Source: Hydrolagus colliei
Lineage: Eukaryota
NCBI GenBank assembly: GCA_035084275.1
Contig: CM068742.1
Location: 126,480,001-126,544,000 of the forward strand
DNA: 64,000 nt
Reading direction: 5' to 3'
This document shows positions 38,061 to 51,002 of the stretch, piece after piece. The translations under genes and the position numbers were made by a program. The stretch's first letter is position 1. Every line of letters begins with the position of its first letter. The notes below the pieces were generated by a model, which was not told the DNA's origin, did no database searches, and was given only the letters and a program-made list of their open reading frames with translations.

Positions 38061-40964
38061 ACGTATTAAATAATTTTCCTACCCCATTTCCTCAGCTCCC
38101 CTCAACACAGGCTCCTGGCCGATTTTGGGAAGTGCTCTAGGACGTTGTCTTGACATAAAAGGAGATAGATAAATGTAAATTTGTTGCAATTGTTCAAAGA
38201 CACTATATAAATGTACTGTTTGGTGTTGTGACGTGTACCATTGGATGAACAAATTGCAATTCTCAGCAAATTAAAGACCCCAAAATCACCTGCTCAACAG
38301 GTACAGTCCCAGGCTCCCATATTGCCAACTTCTTCCCTATACTTCTGTTCTGTCTATGTTTCATCAGCTTCAGTTGCTCAAAATGGAGCCCAGCCAAAAC
38401 CTCAGAGGAGGTGATGTAACAAATTAATTGACAGTATTCAACCCCTGAAGGATTTTTCTTAAAATTAAATTGATCACTGGTCAGAATTTGTGTGAAACGA
38501 GTGTGGTTTAAAACTGGTTCCCACCTACTTATTGAAAAGACTGTTTTGATTACAATCAATTATAGGACTCGTAACCATGTCGTGGGTAAAGAGTCTCATT
38601 CAGACTCACTACAAATCAAACTTTCTTAAACTCCAAGTCACATTCCCGAGAGAGAGGAGCATATTAAACTGTAATACAAACAGAAGCCCTAATAAAGGCA
38701 TAGATGCTAAGTGTTTGTAATGAAGAGTTCTTGTGGCACCTGCATTAAACCCCGCTTATTGCAGAGACTGAAATGAGGATATCTATGAAGTTGTTGAAAC
38801 CTATAGCAGTTACTTTGATAACTGTTGGTTAGATATAGCGTATTATTAACAAATTACTATTTAGTACCTTCAGTTGTAATTGGTTTACCAGACAATCCAT
38901 TACAATTGATGGAGGAACTGAAATCTCTGACTATAAATGGATCCTAATATGAGAATAGGAGGGAAGATGGGTGTTTGCCCTTTATTACTCTAGTCACCAG
39001 GAGTGGAAAATACAGCTTCATCTACACTTCAACAACAACACTCACATTTATATATAGCACCCTTCTCGTAGAGTAATGACTTGGAACAGATTACAAGGAC
39101 AAGGTTGGACACTAAGCGAGTGTGGGTAGGGGGTGGGGGGGAGTATAGGTGGGAGGACAGGGATGGGAGGCCATAGATGTGATCAAATAGATAGGAATTG
39201 TGGCATGGTGTAAAGACAGAAAGCAAAGAAGCTAGAGAGAGTGACTTGAAGAATTGTGTGACCGTTCTGACCAATGGGCTGTAACCTTGAGCCAGGCTTT
39301 GCTTCTTTGTCAGCACCAGGCAATACTGCCTGTGCCCCCAAAACAAAGTACGATTCCAATGACTCGAGTGCCTGCTGCCGATTAGCTCCTTTTCCGCGAC
39401 ACATCTGTTGGTGAAATGGGCTGTTTGAGAAACTTCCATGTAACTAGTGTCAAAATAAAATGTGAAACCTACAGAGACTAACACTCACATGCTGCAATAT
39501 TGTGCTGCTGTTTCCTGGAAAAATATATTGCAGCACTAACGATCAACATACCTTGATAATAGTTATGTTTCTTTCACATAATTACCACTCTAGTCACTGG
39601 TTTGTTGGTGCGCTTTGGTCGACCACTCCAAATCCATTTCAATGACTGCAGCCAGAAGCCAATCATAGTTGATAGCGCCATTCACATGAGGATTGCCCAC
39701 AAAATATACGTTCACTCCACTTTACAGTATACCTATGAAGCACTTTGAAATGTCCTCCTGACGAGAAAGGCCATATACCAAATCAAGGATTATTATTTTT
39801 CCTGGAGGACATCTCAAATTGCTTCACATGCTTCACTGTAAAATGTAGGGACTGGTTATTTTTGTGGGAGTATATGAGAGCCAACTTGCACATAGCAATA
39901 TATCACAAACAGCAACATAGTGAATGATAAATCTTATATTTTTAAAGCAGAAACTTATTTGCAGTTACAATTCAGAGCTTCTCTTTACCAAGGGTAAATA
40001 GGAAGCCAATTGTTAGTTGATTTTTTCCAGTGTTGATAATCTTTTAGAAACATTTAAAATATAATAATTTAGTAATTAAATGCAGAAGTGTTTGTGGGAC
40101 ACTATTGTACACAATTAGCTACTGTGTTTCTCCCACAAAATGTACAGTTAATTGTCTTTACGGTATAGTCTGTGAAGCTCTTTGAGATGACCACAAAAAC
40201 ATGATATCAAATACAGGGATTATTATTATTAATTTAGGAGCTGGTAAAAATAAAATATTTAGTAGTACCAAAAGCATTGAATGGTACTGGAGCTCTGTTC
40301 TTTCATCTTTAGAATGGGCTACAATCCAGGTCTCGCAGATGGGATGAAAGGTCTTTGGTTGCCCTTTTTAACAGCTGTAAAAGAGTGCAAGTGAATGGAG
40401 TTTGGATAGTTCCCAGTAAACTGTGCTCATGATTGACTTCTGGCACACATTCAGCATACACAGCGTCACAAACAAAACAAAAATAGTCTATGTCACATTT
40501 TTTCCTCATATAATAAATTTCTACATAGCTTAAAATGTGTTTAGTATGCAGTTTATTAAAATACTTGTAAATAAGTGTCATTTTCCTGACTCGGATTCCT
40601 GGCTCAGAATTGATAATCTGGAAGAGATTTTGCCAGATATCGGTATATTTAGTGTTGTGTTTGTCAATTGCCAATCTTTTACCAGAATAGATAATCAGCT
40701 ATAATCATAGATACCTGGTGAAACTATTCTTTGGGAGTGGGAGATCTTACACAGATAACCTTTGGCTTGACTGACAGGTCCATTGGCTGATCAGAGCCAA
40801 GGAATCCCTGATGAGAGCCCAATGGACTGGAAGCAGGTAGGTACCTACAACAAATTTGGAGAGGGGCAAGAGCAGGCCTGTGCTTATCATTGGTTGGGGC
40901 TGCTTGGGAGACTGGTCTTTCTCAAGCTTCAAGATTTTTCCTCCCAACTTCCCTTAAAGAGGGA

Positions 40965-41110
40965 ATGGTTATTTGGGGAAGACGGGTTTGCGGGGTTATG
41001 GGGAGAGAGCCAGGGAGTGGGATTGACTTTGAATAGCTCTTTTCAAAAAGCCGACACAGACTGGATGGGCCGAGTGGTCTCCTTTTGCATTGTAAAATTC
41101 TATATTCTAA
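40965..41110 (+). mobile_element. CR1 3' UTR fragment
   Basis: ggggttatggggagagagc...gctcttttcaaaaagccgacacagactggatgggccgagtggtctcc, similar to 54835-54925. Confidence 0.75.
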
Positions 41111-42244
41111 AAGATGATCTGTAGATAGAGTGGGGATTGAGTCCTCTCTAGCCAAACTCTGCCTATGCCTGTAATCTGAACTATCCTGGAGGGATGAGAA
41201 GGTGACTTGTGTTGATGTTTTGCTGCCACAGCTATCTTTAGGGAGTGCTGCTGACAACATTATTGATACATCGACATGGTGATCAAGAACTTTACATGCC
41301 CTACTGAAAGGTTTGATTTGGGTTTGCTCTTATGGCTCATGCTGGACTATGATCCCAGGAACACTATTCACCATCCTTTAGGGTTAGCATATCAGTTGGA
41401 AACATTCATTCCTCAAAGTCAAACATTTGCAGGCTACAGTCCCACATTGGTACTTGTGGCTCAAAGTCCAGGTTTGCACTCCATGCGATACTTGAAGAAG
41501 GGTGCATTGTTTGAGTTGTTGTCCTTTGGGTTAGAAGTTAAACTGTGGTCTTGTCTGTCAGTTCAGGTGGAAGTTGGAGACCTTAGTTGAAGAGGTGCTT
41601 TATGTTTTGGTTCTGAAATACTGATTGTCCAGCACCTTGGCATGTTCTCCCAACGTGAAAGGCGCTTTATAAATCTAATTTTGTTGTTGTGATTGTTATA
41701 AGGAATCATGCAATTCACGTCATGGCTGTTTGTAGGATACTGCTGTGTTCAAATTTTTTGCATCTACCTAGAAATACATAGAAGCTACAGGAATAATCTG
41801 CGAGATGTTTCAGTCTTAGAGGCACTTGCAAGATTTATTATTATTATTACATAGTGAGTGTCAACATGCTCTTTCATGTGAGGACATTGTATTCAAGATT
41901 TGTTTTATCTTCATCCACCACGCAATACAAAACAAATTTATATTTATATAGCACCTTCCATGTCAGGAAATCCCCAAGTGCCTAACATTGCTACTTAGTT
42001 ACTCAAACTTCGGCTGGGAGCTGATAAGATCTACAGTGCCTTGGCTTCTGTCAATCCCAATCAGATGTTTGTTCCATAGGCAGACTCCTTCTTGGCTGTT
42101 GACTGAAATTGTTTCAAATGGTATTCCAACACACTTCTATCTTCCTCCAGCATAATCTCAAAATACTGCAAACACAAAAACCATCTTTAAGAATATATTT
42201 ATTAATATTTCAAAATATTTATGAACAAAAACCTTGAGTATATA

Positions 42245-43264
42245 CCGTAAATACCCGCGTATAAGACGCACTTTTTTTTCACGTCGGAAGATCTCGAAAG
42301 TTGGGGGTGCGCCCTATACGCAGGAACAAGAAATTTTGAGCCTCGGAAATACGGCAAACAGGAGGGGCGGCCGGCGCTGTCAGCCGGGGTTTGGACACTG
42401 TGTCCGGTGGGGGTTGGGGGGAGCGGGTGATGGGGCTTCAGCCTCGGCCGCCCGGGCAGTGGCAGCAGCAGCGGACTTCAGTGCTGTGCCTGCTGCCTGC
42501 CTTCTGGCTAACCCAGTCTGCCTCCTTCCCTGCCTGCCTGCCTCCCTCCCCCTCTCCCTCCCTGCCNNNNNNNNNNNNNNNNNNNNNNNNNNNNNNNNNN
42601 NNNNNNNNNNNNNNNNNNNNNNNNNNNNNNNNNNNNNNNNNNNNNNNNNNNNNNNNNNNNNNNNNNNNNNNNNNNNNNNNNNNNNNNNNNNNNNNNNNNN
42701 NNNNNNNNNNNNNNNNNNNNNNNNNNNNNNNNNNNNNNNNNNNNNNNNNNNNNNNNNNNNNNNNNNNNNNNNNNNNNNCTCTCTCCCTGCCTGCCTGCCT
42801 GCCTGCATCCCCACTGCCTNNNNNNNNNNNNNNNNNNNNNNNNNNNNNNNNNNNNNNNNNNNNNNNNNNNNNNNNNNNNNNNNNNNNNNNNNNNNNNNNN
42901 NNNNNNNNNNNNNNNNNNNNNNNNNNNNNNNNNNNNNNNNNNNNNNNNNNNNNNNNNNNNNNNNNNNNNNNNNNNNNNNNNNNNNNNNCCCCCCTCTCTC
43001 CCTCCCTGCCTGCCTGCCTGCCTCCCTCCCTCCCTCCCTGCCTGCCTGCCTGCCTGCCTCCCTCCCTCTCTCCCCCCTTCACTGCCTGCCTGCTTCCTTT
43101 CCTGCCTGCCTGCCGTGCCTGCCTGCCTACCTCCCTCTCTCCCTCCCTACCTGTCTCTCCTGCCTCCCTCCCTTCTGCCGGCAATATCATTGAAAATGCT
43201 TCCTTTTGTTTCACCAAGAAAAGGTCAAAAGTGGAGGGTGCTCCTTATACGCGGGTATTTTCGG
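42245..43264. mobile_element. Non-autonomous Tc1/mariner-superfamily (Tc2/pogo-like) element
   Basis: TIR ccgtaaatacccgcgtataag / cttatacgcgggtattttcgg (21 bp, 1 mismatch), flanked by TA on both sides; interior (GCCT/CCCT)n with assembly gaps. Confidence 0.9.
42567..42988. other. Assembly gaps (42567-42778, 42820-42988) within a (GCCT/CCCT)n tract
   Basis: N runs flanked by pyrimidine-rich microsatellite. Confidence 0.99.
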
Positions 43265-44379
43265 TACTCTAAGCAGTATACAGGTGGCAGTGATTCTTCA
43301 TGCTGTGTTCATGGCAGCCTTATCAGGTAACATTGTCCTGGCTGGAAAGGCATTGGGAAATCTTGACGTACATTGCTTTCAATGGTAAGCTTTAGGATTC
43401 CAGCTAAACTCCAGCAATTTGCCCCAAGGCAAATTCTGGAGTTCACAAGCGTTGCATCTTGCCAGCCTGTGCCTGATACTCTGCCTCTGTGGAGAAAGTG
43501 AATCGCTCCAGGAAGGGACTCGTGTGCATTCTATTCACATTCCTGTATCCATATCTGTAAAGGTGGGATACGCTTCTTTCTGCAGGTGTGAGACAACAGA
43601 CTAACAAAAGAGCTCGGAAACACAGTCGGGTGGATATCAGGAGACAATCCACATGAGGAGAAAAGATGTGACTGTGGTGGATCTCAGTCATCCTGGTTAC
43701 AATACTGGGAGTTCTTAACCTCCTTGATAGCTGCCTGGTCTGGAAACCACAGGTGGCATCGTAAATGCATGACAAAAGTTGGAATTTGTAAAATGAATTA
43801 ACGCTTTCAGAAAGTTACACCATTGTGAGGGATGGAAATGGCGCGGTTCATTGAGTATTGTGCCAGATTTTTTTTAATGTCCCCAAGAAGGCTTTTCACA
43901 ATTTGAAATAAAAATTTGCAAATGTTCAAACACTGGAGTTTTTGTGCAAAATAGAAAGCTGGCCTGCAATGGAGAATGTGAAAGATACAGATTTAATGAG
44001 GTAAGTGTGAAGCAGTTTTTTTTTCCAAATATAGTTAGTTTGTATTGAACTTCCGAAAGCATTTTGCAGTAATTATTACCAACCACAGTGTCTGTTTATG
44101 TGAGCAAGTTGGTGTGCTGTGCAACTGTGACAAGTTTGTTTCCTGCGAAAGTTCTTTGAGAAGATTTTTCAAGCAGCTAAAATATGGTGGAACACAGCAT
44201 TATCGTTCAGATGAGATGTTAAACTGAGGTCCTATCAATCTCATCATCATTCATGGCCTTGACCAGCTTCTACTTACTGAATTCCCATTCCTCTTTGCAC
44301 TGCTTTTGTACTACAAAAGTTTGTTGTAGTTGCATGTTGACGCAATCAACGAGTCCCTTTTCTCAGGCTTTGTCCGATT

Positions 44380-45799
44380 CCTCTTCAAAACCATTGTCAG
44401 CAATCGATCTCTTCAACCTGACAAATTTCAGACCCATTCCTAGCTTTGTAACCCTGAATGACCATTCAGCTATTTTTCCTGGCCAAAGTTTTGAAACATG
44501 TCATTGGAAATCAGTTTTGCTCACAGCTCTCTGTCCAATCCCTACTCGTTTTATGCCCTGCCCATAGCAATGAGACTAAATTTAACTTGCAAAATATCAA
44601 ATGACACCATCTCTCTCTGTGACCAGGGCTCTTTCTGCCACCTCATTATCTTGGATCTCTCCACCCTATTCAACTGTCAAACACACCATCCACCTCCACC
44701 TGTCTACTTCTTCATTCATCTTTGGGGGACCTCACTCACTTGGATCGAGTCCTATCTGAACAACCGCCAACAATACATTTTGGTAAAAAAAATCCTGCTT
44801 CCACTCGATACCATAAGACTCTACTCTCGGCCCTCTTCTTCTCCTTATCTATTTGGTTCCTCTGAGCAATGTCATCCATTGACATGGGGTCAACTTCCAC
44901 ATTTATGCAGTTGATACACAAATCTACTTCTCTTCCTCCAGTTGCCACTTCTAATCTGTTGATGTCTTGTCAGCTTGTTTGACAGACATCAAGGCATGGA
45001 TGAGCACAAATTTCCTGCAGCTGAATGTCAACGAGATGGAAGCCATACTCGTTGACTTTCATCAACATCTTCTCTCCTGCTGGTCGGAAGTCTTCAACCT
45101 CCCTGCATTCTCCCTCAGAGTCACACTTGCGCAACTTCAGGCATTTGGTTTGATCCCTAGCTTTCCTCACTATCCCATATCCATATCCTTATCAGAATCA
45201 CTTTCTTTACTTCTACCCATCTCCGCTCGTACCTCACAGCAAAAGCAACCAAAACCTTTGTCCATGGTTTTGGCACTTCCTGGTTGGCCTATTCCAATGC
45301 TTTCTCACTGGTCTCTCCACCATACACAAAATTCAACTAATTTGAAACTCTGCTGACTGGATACTCAGCAGTACAAAACTGTACACACCCATCACACCAG
45401 TCCTTGCCAGGTTCTAGTGTCTCCCAATTATCAAACAGATTGATATCAAGAACCTCCAACTCGTTTTCAAATCCCTTGGTTCCATCATACCTCCCCATCT
45501 GTCTGATCTGCTTTCCGCCTCACCTTCTGCTTCCATTCCTCTGGCTCTGACCTCCTGTTTTTCCCTCATCCCCTGCACTGCACCATTAGTTTTGTGTCTT
45601 CATTTGCCCTGAAACTCTGGAAATCTCACCCTCAATTTTTCCACTTTACCCCCCTTCTGTTGCCCACTTTCATATCCCACATAAAGACATACGTTTTTGA
45701 TAGTGCTTACGTTCATCTGCCTCCTCCCTCTCCCCGTAACTCTTGTCAAACTCCACCACTGTCAAGCACTCTGGGGTGCTACCCTGCATGAAGGGTGCT
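44380..45799 (+). mobile_element. Old fragmented L2 LINE
   Basis: NLTNFRPI, LIILDLS, ACLTDIKAWMSTNFLQLNVNE motifs; degraded 3' stem at 45760-45799. Confidence 0.85.
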
Positions 45800-46453
45800 A
45801 ACAACAACAACAAATTAGATTTATAGAGCGCCTTTCACATCGGGAGGATGTCCCAAGGCGCTGCACAGGAGGCATGTGACCCGAGCTGAGAGGGGAGTGT
45901 TTGGGAAGGGGTGAGACACAAAGGGGAGGTCAAAAAATTCGGGGTGGAACAAAAGGCACGGTCGAAGAGGAAAGTCTTCAAACCAGCCTTGAAAGAGGAA
46001 AGGGAAGAAACGAGACAGAGGGATTGAGGGATGGCATTCCATAGGGTGGGAGCGGAGAAACTGAAGGCCCTGCCTCCGATGGTGGGGCGGTTCGGGCGGG
46101 GGGCTTGGAGCAGGCCAAGTCCTGTTGAACGGAGGGTCCGGGTGGGCTTGTAGGGGGAAAGTAGATTGGTTAACTAGGGCGGGGCAAGGCCGTGTAAGGC
46201 CTTGAAGGTGAGGATGAGGATCTTGAACTCGATCCTCTGGAGAATGGGGAGCCAATGGAGACGGGCGAGGGTGGGGGTTATATGGTCGCGGAGGCAGGTG
46301 CGGGATAATACACGGGCTGCAGAGTTTTGGATGACCTGCAGCCTGTGAATGGAGGAACTGGGGAGGCCGACAAGGAGAGAGTTTCCGTAGTCCAGCCTCG
46401 AGGTGATGTATGCGTGCACGAGTGTTTCGGCAGCGCGGGGGGTAAGATAGTTG
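45800..46453 (-). mobile_element. Young 5'-truncated L2 LINE
   Basis: Very similar to 37197-37857 (NYLTPRAAETLVHAYITSRLDYGNSLL...); (caa)n tail. Confidence 0.96.
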
Positions 46454-47582
46454 CTATAAAAATGCAAGTTGTGTTTGCTTACAAATACTTCACAGTAAAC
46501 GCCTTTGATGCACTTTGAAATATAATGACAATATGATAAAGCACCACATCAAAATCAAGGATTATTTTATATGATTAACTATATACAATATTGCAATTAA
46601 TGTTTGTTTGTGAGAACTCAGTAACATTTTTCATCTTGCCTTATATTAACCTCAGAAGCAAAATAAGTTTAAGGTAGGCAGAGTGGCATCTAGATCTTGG
46701 TTAGATTGAAAAATAAAGAAAGTGGACCTCATCTGAATATAATAGAAAGTCCCTTTTCCAGATTATGATCTGAAGATGCTTTTTCTCCTTTAAGATGTTT
46801 CTCTTCCAAATTTCACGGTCAGATCATATTCCGATTTCTTAACCTCTCTAGTTTTAGCACTCAGAGATGTTACTTGCCAGTAATGATCTCTATGTAGTGA
46901 AAATTTACTTCCAGCTGTGTTCGAAATATTCTATAGTCAGTTGTCTGACTAATAGTTTGCTGGCCTATGGCTGTTCAGATGCTTTGAACTTCAGTGGCTG
47001 AATCTACCCCTCACTAGCTACATATGCTTCAGATCTGAATGATCTGTGCACTACCCAGCTTTAGACAAGCTACAGAATTTGCAAGATTTGTCTGAAAATC
47101 AAAGCACCTGAACAGCAGTCTGGCATTCTGCTGGACCAACCAGGTATGACAATTTTGTTTAAAAGATTAAGCTTGTGCAGAGCTTGCTGCAAAGTCTAGA
47201 ATTTTCCCTCAATTTTCAATGTGATTTCTCGACAGTTTTTAAACCAAGATAGGTTTCTGATCCCTGCTTAAAGTATGACTGAATTTAAATTCTACACAAT
47301 CTTAAATGGTAAAGTCTTACAGGCTAAGACAATGTTTTGGTCGCACATACTGCTGACAGTGCTAGTAATAATTGTTAAACAATTATTCTTTTGTTCATAT
47401 TTTTCTCCAAATCTTCAATATTTCTGTTTGCCCTACCTCAGCACGTTTATGTACACACATCAACTGTATGTTACCAGTTTTTTTGAGTTGTCACGTCATG
47501 TTGTGACCTGGACTGAGTCACTGTATCTCACAAGCAATTTCTGTGAACTGTGAACATTGATTGATGGAAAGTCTTTGTCTCA

Positions 47583-48090
47583 AACAACAAGATCAACAAC
47601 AAAATTACATTTATAGAGCGCTTTTCACGTCTGGAGGACGTCCCAAGGCGCTGAACAGTCAGGTGTGGACTCGAGCAAGGGGGAGGGGCAGGGGGTGGGT
47701 AGTGGGGAGGGGAGGGAGAAAGTTTGGAGGGCGGCAGAAGGCTCGATCGAAGAGGAGGGTCTTGAGACCAGCCTTAAAGTGGGCAAGGAGAAAGGACTGT
47801 GAGATAGAATTTCAGAGTGTGGGAGAGGAGAGGCTGAAAGCCAGTCCACCAATGGTAGGGCAGGTCAGGCGGGAGACATGGAGCAGACCGGAGTCTGCTG
47901 AATGGACGGGGTGGGCAGGTTCATATGGAGTCAGCAGGTTGGAGAGATAGGGGGCAAGGCCGTGAATGGCCTTCATAGTGAGGATGAAGATCTTGAATTT
48001 CATTCTCTGAGGGATGGGGAGCCAATGAAGCCAGGCAAGTGTGAAAGTGATGTGGTCGCGGAGCTGTGGTCTAGCAAAGCAGCTGAATTT
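47583..48090 (-). mobile_element. L2 LINE 3' portion
   Basis: LRDHITFTLAWLHWLPIPQRMKFKI...; tail at 47583-47605. Confidence 0.9.
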
Positions 48091-48747
48091 CAGCAAGCAT
48101 TCTTGTTTCACCTATGAAGATAACTTGAGGTAATTATCATTGGAAATAGTTGAAGATTTAAACTGAGCTCTGACAAGTGGCCAGCAAAGTTGCAAAGTTA
48201 ATTCATCATTGATCATCTGAGAATAAATTAATTTGAGCCAGTTGGAAATACATTATATGTAATAAAAAATATAATCTTAATTTGGTGTCCCCTGTTAAAT
48301 AGAATTTGTAACATTCTACATTTTTCGATTAAGATACTAAGGAGTTGAAAGTCTGTGCACTACATAGCAAACTTGAATTTAGATTGGAAAGATTGGGCAT
48401 GTAATTTGGAAGTGCATAAAGATACGGTAGTTTAAATTTGCATTGCTGCAGACTGTTTGCATAGGTTTTGTGGAGTTATGGTTGTGCTGTCAAACTAAAA
48501 GGAAATAGCCTCTGATTTCTACCTGCTCTGGGACACATTAATTGCATAGAGAATTGTCTTGCATTGTAAGCAACATAGGCACTGTAAAAAGATGTCTGTT
48601 TTAAACAACATAGAATGAACATTTACTTGGTGGTGGATATTTATGGACTGGATCAAAATTTACTTGTGACCAGAAACAGCAGCTCCCTTGAGGCAGTGTG
48701 TATGTGTGTGTGAGGGATGGGAGGCTGCCAGGAGACTGGTCCTGTTT

Positions 48748-48960
48748 GTAATGGGGTTGAAGTAATTGTGTTTGTTTCTGTTATGGGTGTGTTTTTACAT
48801 TAAGTGGAATATATTTTTAATATAATAATTAAGATATTTTCTTGGGGAAACAAGAGGACAGAACCTGTGTGAATTATAATGGGGTTGAAGTTGTTTTCCG
48901 TGTTTTTTTTCTATCATGGGTGTTATTTTTCACCAGGAAAGTGAAATATATATTTTAAAC
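48748..48960. repeat. Degenerate tandem duplication (~128-bp period)
   Basis: taatggggttgaagt...tgggtgt...aagtg.aatatat.ttttaa occurs at about 48749 and 48877. Confidence 0.7.
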
Positions 48961-50053
48961 AAGTATATATATTTTTTAAAAGATAGACTCGTGAACGAGA
49001 TTGAAGCCCTCTGGTATTCAGGATAACAGGTATTAAGGTTGAGCATTAAGCTAGACATCTATACATAGATTTACCATCAGTGAGTACTTACAATACAGTA
49101 CAAATGTACATTTATATAGCGCCTCTCATGTCAGGCAAGCCTCCCAGGGTGCTTTATTGTCCTTAACTTGGGGTGGAAGCCAAGGGGATTTAGAGAGGAA
49201 GATTGAATCAATTCACCTTTTCAAGCCCAATACACTGCCCTTGACCCATATCATGAATACCCAGACCTAACAAATATTAATCTTTATTGTTAGGACTGGA
49301 TATTTAGGATATGGGGCAAGGGTAGATATTTGGACTTGAAATATAGGTGAGCCATAATCATATAAAACAGCCTCAAGTAGTTCAATAGCCTACAACTGTT
49401 TCTATATTTCTGTCAAAATTGATGGCTCTGCCCTCGCCTCCGCTAAATCATCCTTCCACTCCAAGACAATCTTGGAGGCCAAGATACAACCGTTTCAGGC
49501 TCCTCTTGCATCACCAATTGGCTACATCGCCCACCTTCTCTCACGTCGCCTATGCTCTCCTCCAATGCCAACTGCGAGGAGATGTTGGACTTCCTCAAAA
49601 CCAAAGTCAAGGAGTTCCACTTAGCTGTCAGTGCCCTTACTACAACTACTCCCTCCCCATCTCTCCTGCACACCCCGGTTACTACCCATCCATCTCTCCA
49701 CACCTGTCTCCCCGTTTTCTCTCACCACCACCATCACCCACATGAAACCCAACATCTGCCCCATCTCCAATCTCCCATTGCAAGGTCCTGGAATGAGTTG
49801 TTGTATCCCAGCTTCACTCTTTTCTTTCTCGCCATTCCCTCTTTGAAATCCTCCAACCTGGCTTCACAGCACAGACACTGCTCTGGTCAAAGTCTCTAAT
49901 GACATTCTAAACATCTGCATTCAGGACTCTCTCTGCTCCTTGTACTCCTCGACTTCTCTGCCACCTTTGACACTGTCAAGCACTCCATCCACTACACCGC
50001 TTCCCCTCTTAGCTCAATCATTGCGGACTTGCTATTGCCTGGTTCAAATCTTA

Positions 50054-50260
50054 CTCCACACTCCTAATAATAATCCCTCAAAAAATCAACAATAAATTGG
50101 TCATTTTCATTCCATTACTGTTTGCTATGAGCCATTTGGCTGCTGCATTTTTCCCACAATGAATACAGTGAATTTACTTTACAGTATATTCTGTGAAGCG
50201 CTTTGAGACATCTAGAAGACTTGAAAAGGGCTATATCAAATGCAACGATTATTATTATTA
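50054..50260 (+). mobile_element. SINE 3' two-thirds inserted in L2
   Basis: actccacactcctaataataatccctc...gctatatcaaatgcaacgattattatt. Confidence 0.85.
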
Positions 50261-50699
50261 CCTTTCTTACCATGTCCACTTTGTTGCCACTAATGGCTTC
50301 TCCTCCAGTCCCGCAACACTATGTGTGGCAACCCCCAAGGCTCCATCCTTGGCCCTCTCCTTTTCAACATTTATATGCTCCCACTTAGGGGCATCATTCG
50401 CAGACATGGGGTCAACTACCCTATGTTTGTGGATGACACCCAACTCTATCTTTCTGCCTCCAACCTCAATTCCAGATGTTGTTCTAATAGACTGCCTGTC
50501 AGACATGAAGTTGTGGATGAGAGCTAACTCTCTACAGTTGAATGTCAATCAGAGGCTCTTCTGATTGGCTTGTGCCAACGCCTCTACACCTCGGGCACTG
50601 ACAGCTTCAACCTCCATGGTTGTACAATCCACCACAACAGGGCAGTCAGGAATCTAGGTGTCTTGTTCGATCCTCACCTGTCCTTTCTACCCCACATCT

Positions 50700-51002
50700 T
50701 ATAATCCTTGCATTTGGTATAACACTTTACACAACTTCTAGATGTCTCAAAGTGCTTCACGGAATGTACTGCAAAGTGAATTGACTATTATATTTGTGGG
50801 TGAAATGCAGCAGCCAATTGCGCACAGCAGTGTCCCACAAAGAGTCGTGGATTGAAAAGACCAATTTATTTTTTTTTTTCTTGAAGGTTTATTATCAGGC
50901 ATAAGAAGTAAAATTGTCCAAGGTCTTGCCCTGCCTGGAAACAAACCCAGGCCTTTCGCTTGTAAAGCAAGTACTCTAACCACTGAGCTACAGGACTCCA
51001 CA
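50700..51002 (-). mobile_element. Full-length SINE inserted in L2
   Basis: ataatccttgcatttgg...ctctaaccactgagctacaggactccac. Confidence 0.92.

Noticed and set aside
38292-38408. Minus-strand multi-exon gene joining candidates near 39400, 38400, 25860 and 24330
   Set aside because: Weak splice sites, inconsistent phases and no recognisable protein
39490-39535. 11-bp inverted repeat tgctgcaatat/atattgcagca
   Set aside because: Short stem with a 24-nt loop; plausible by chance in 64 kb and no other support
42234-43272. Long ORFs of 259-319 aa
   Set aside because: They read through N gaps and (GCCT)n microsatellite inside a MITE
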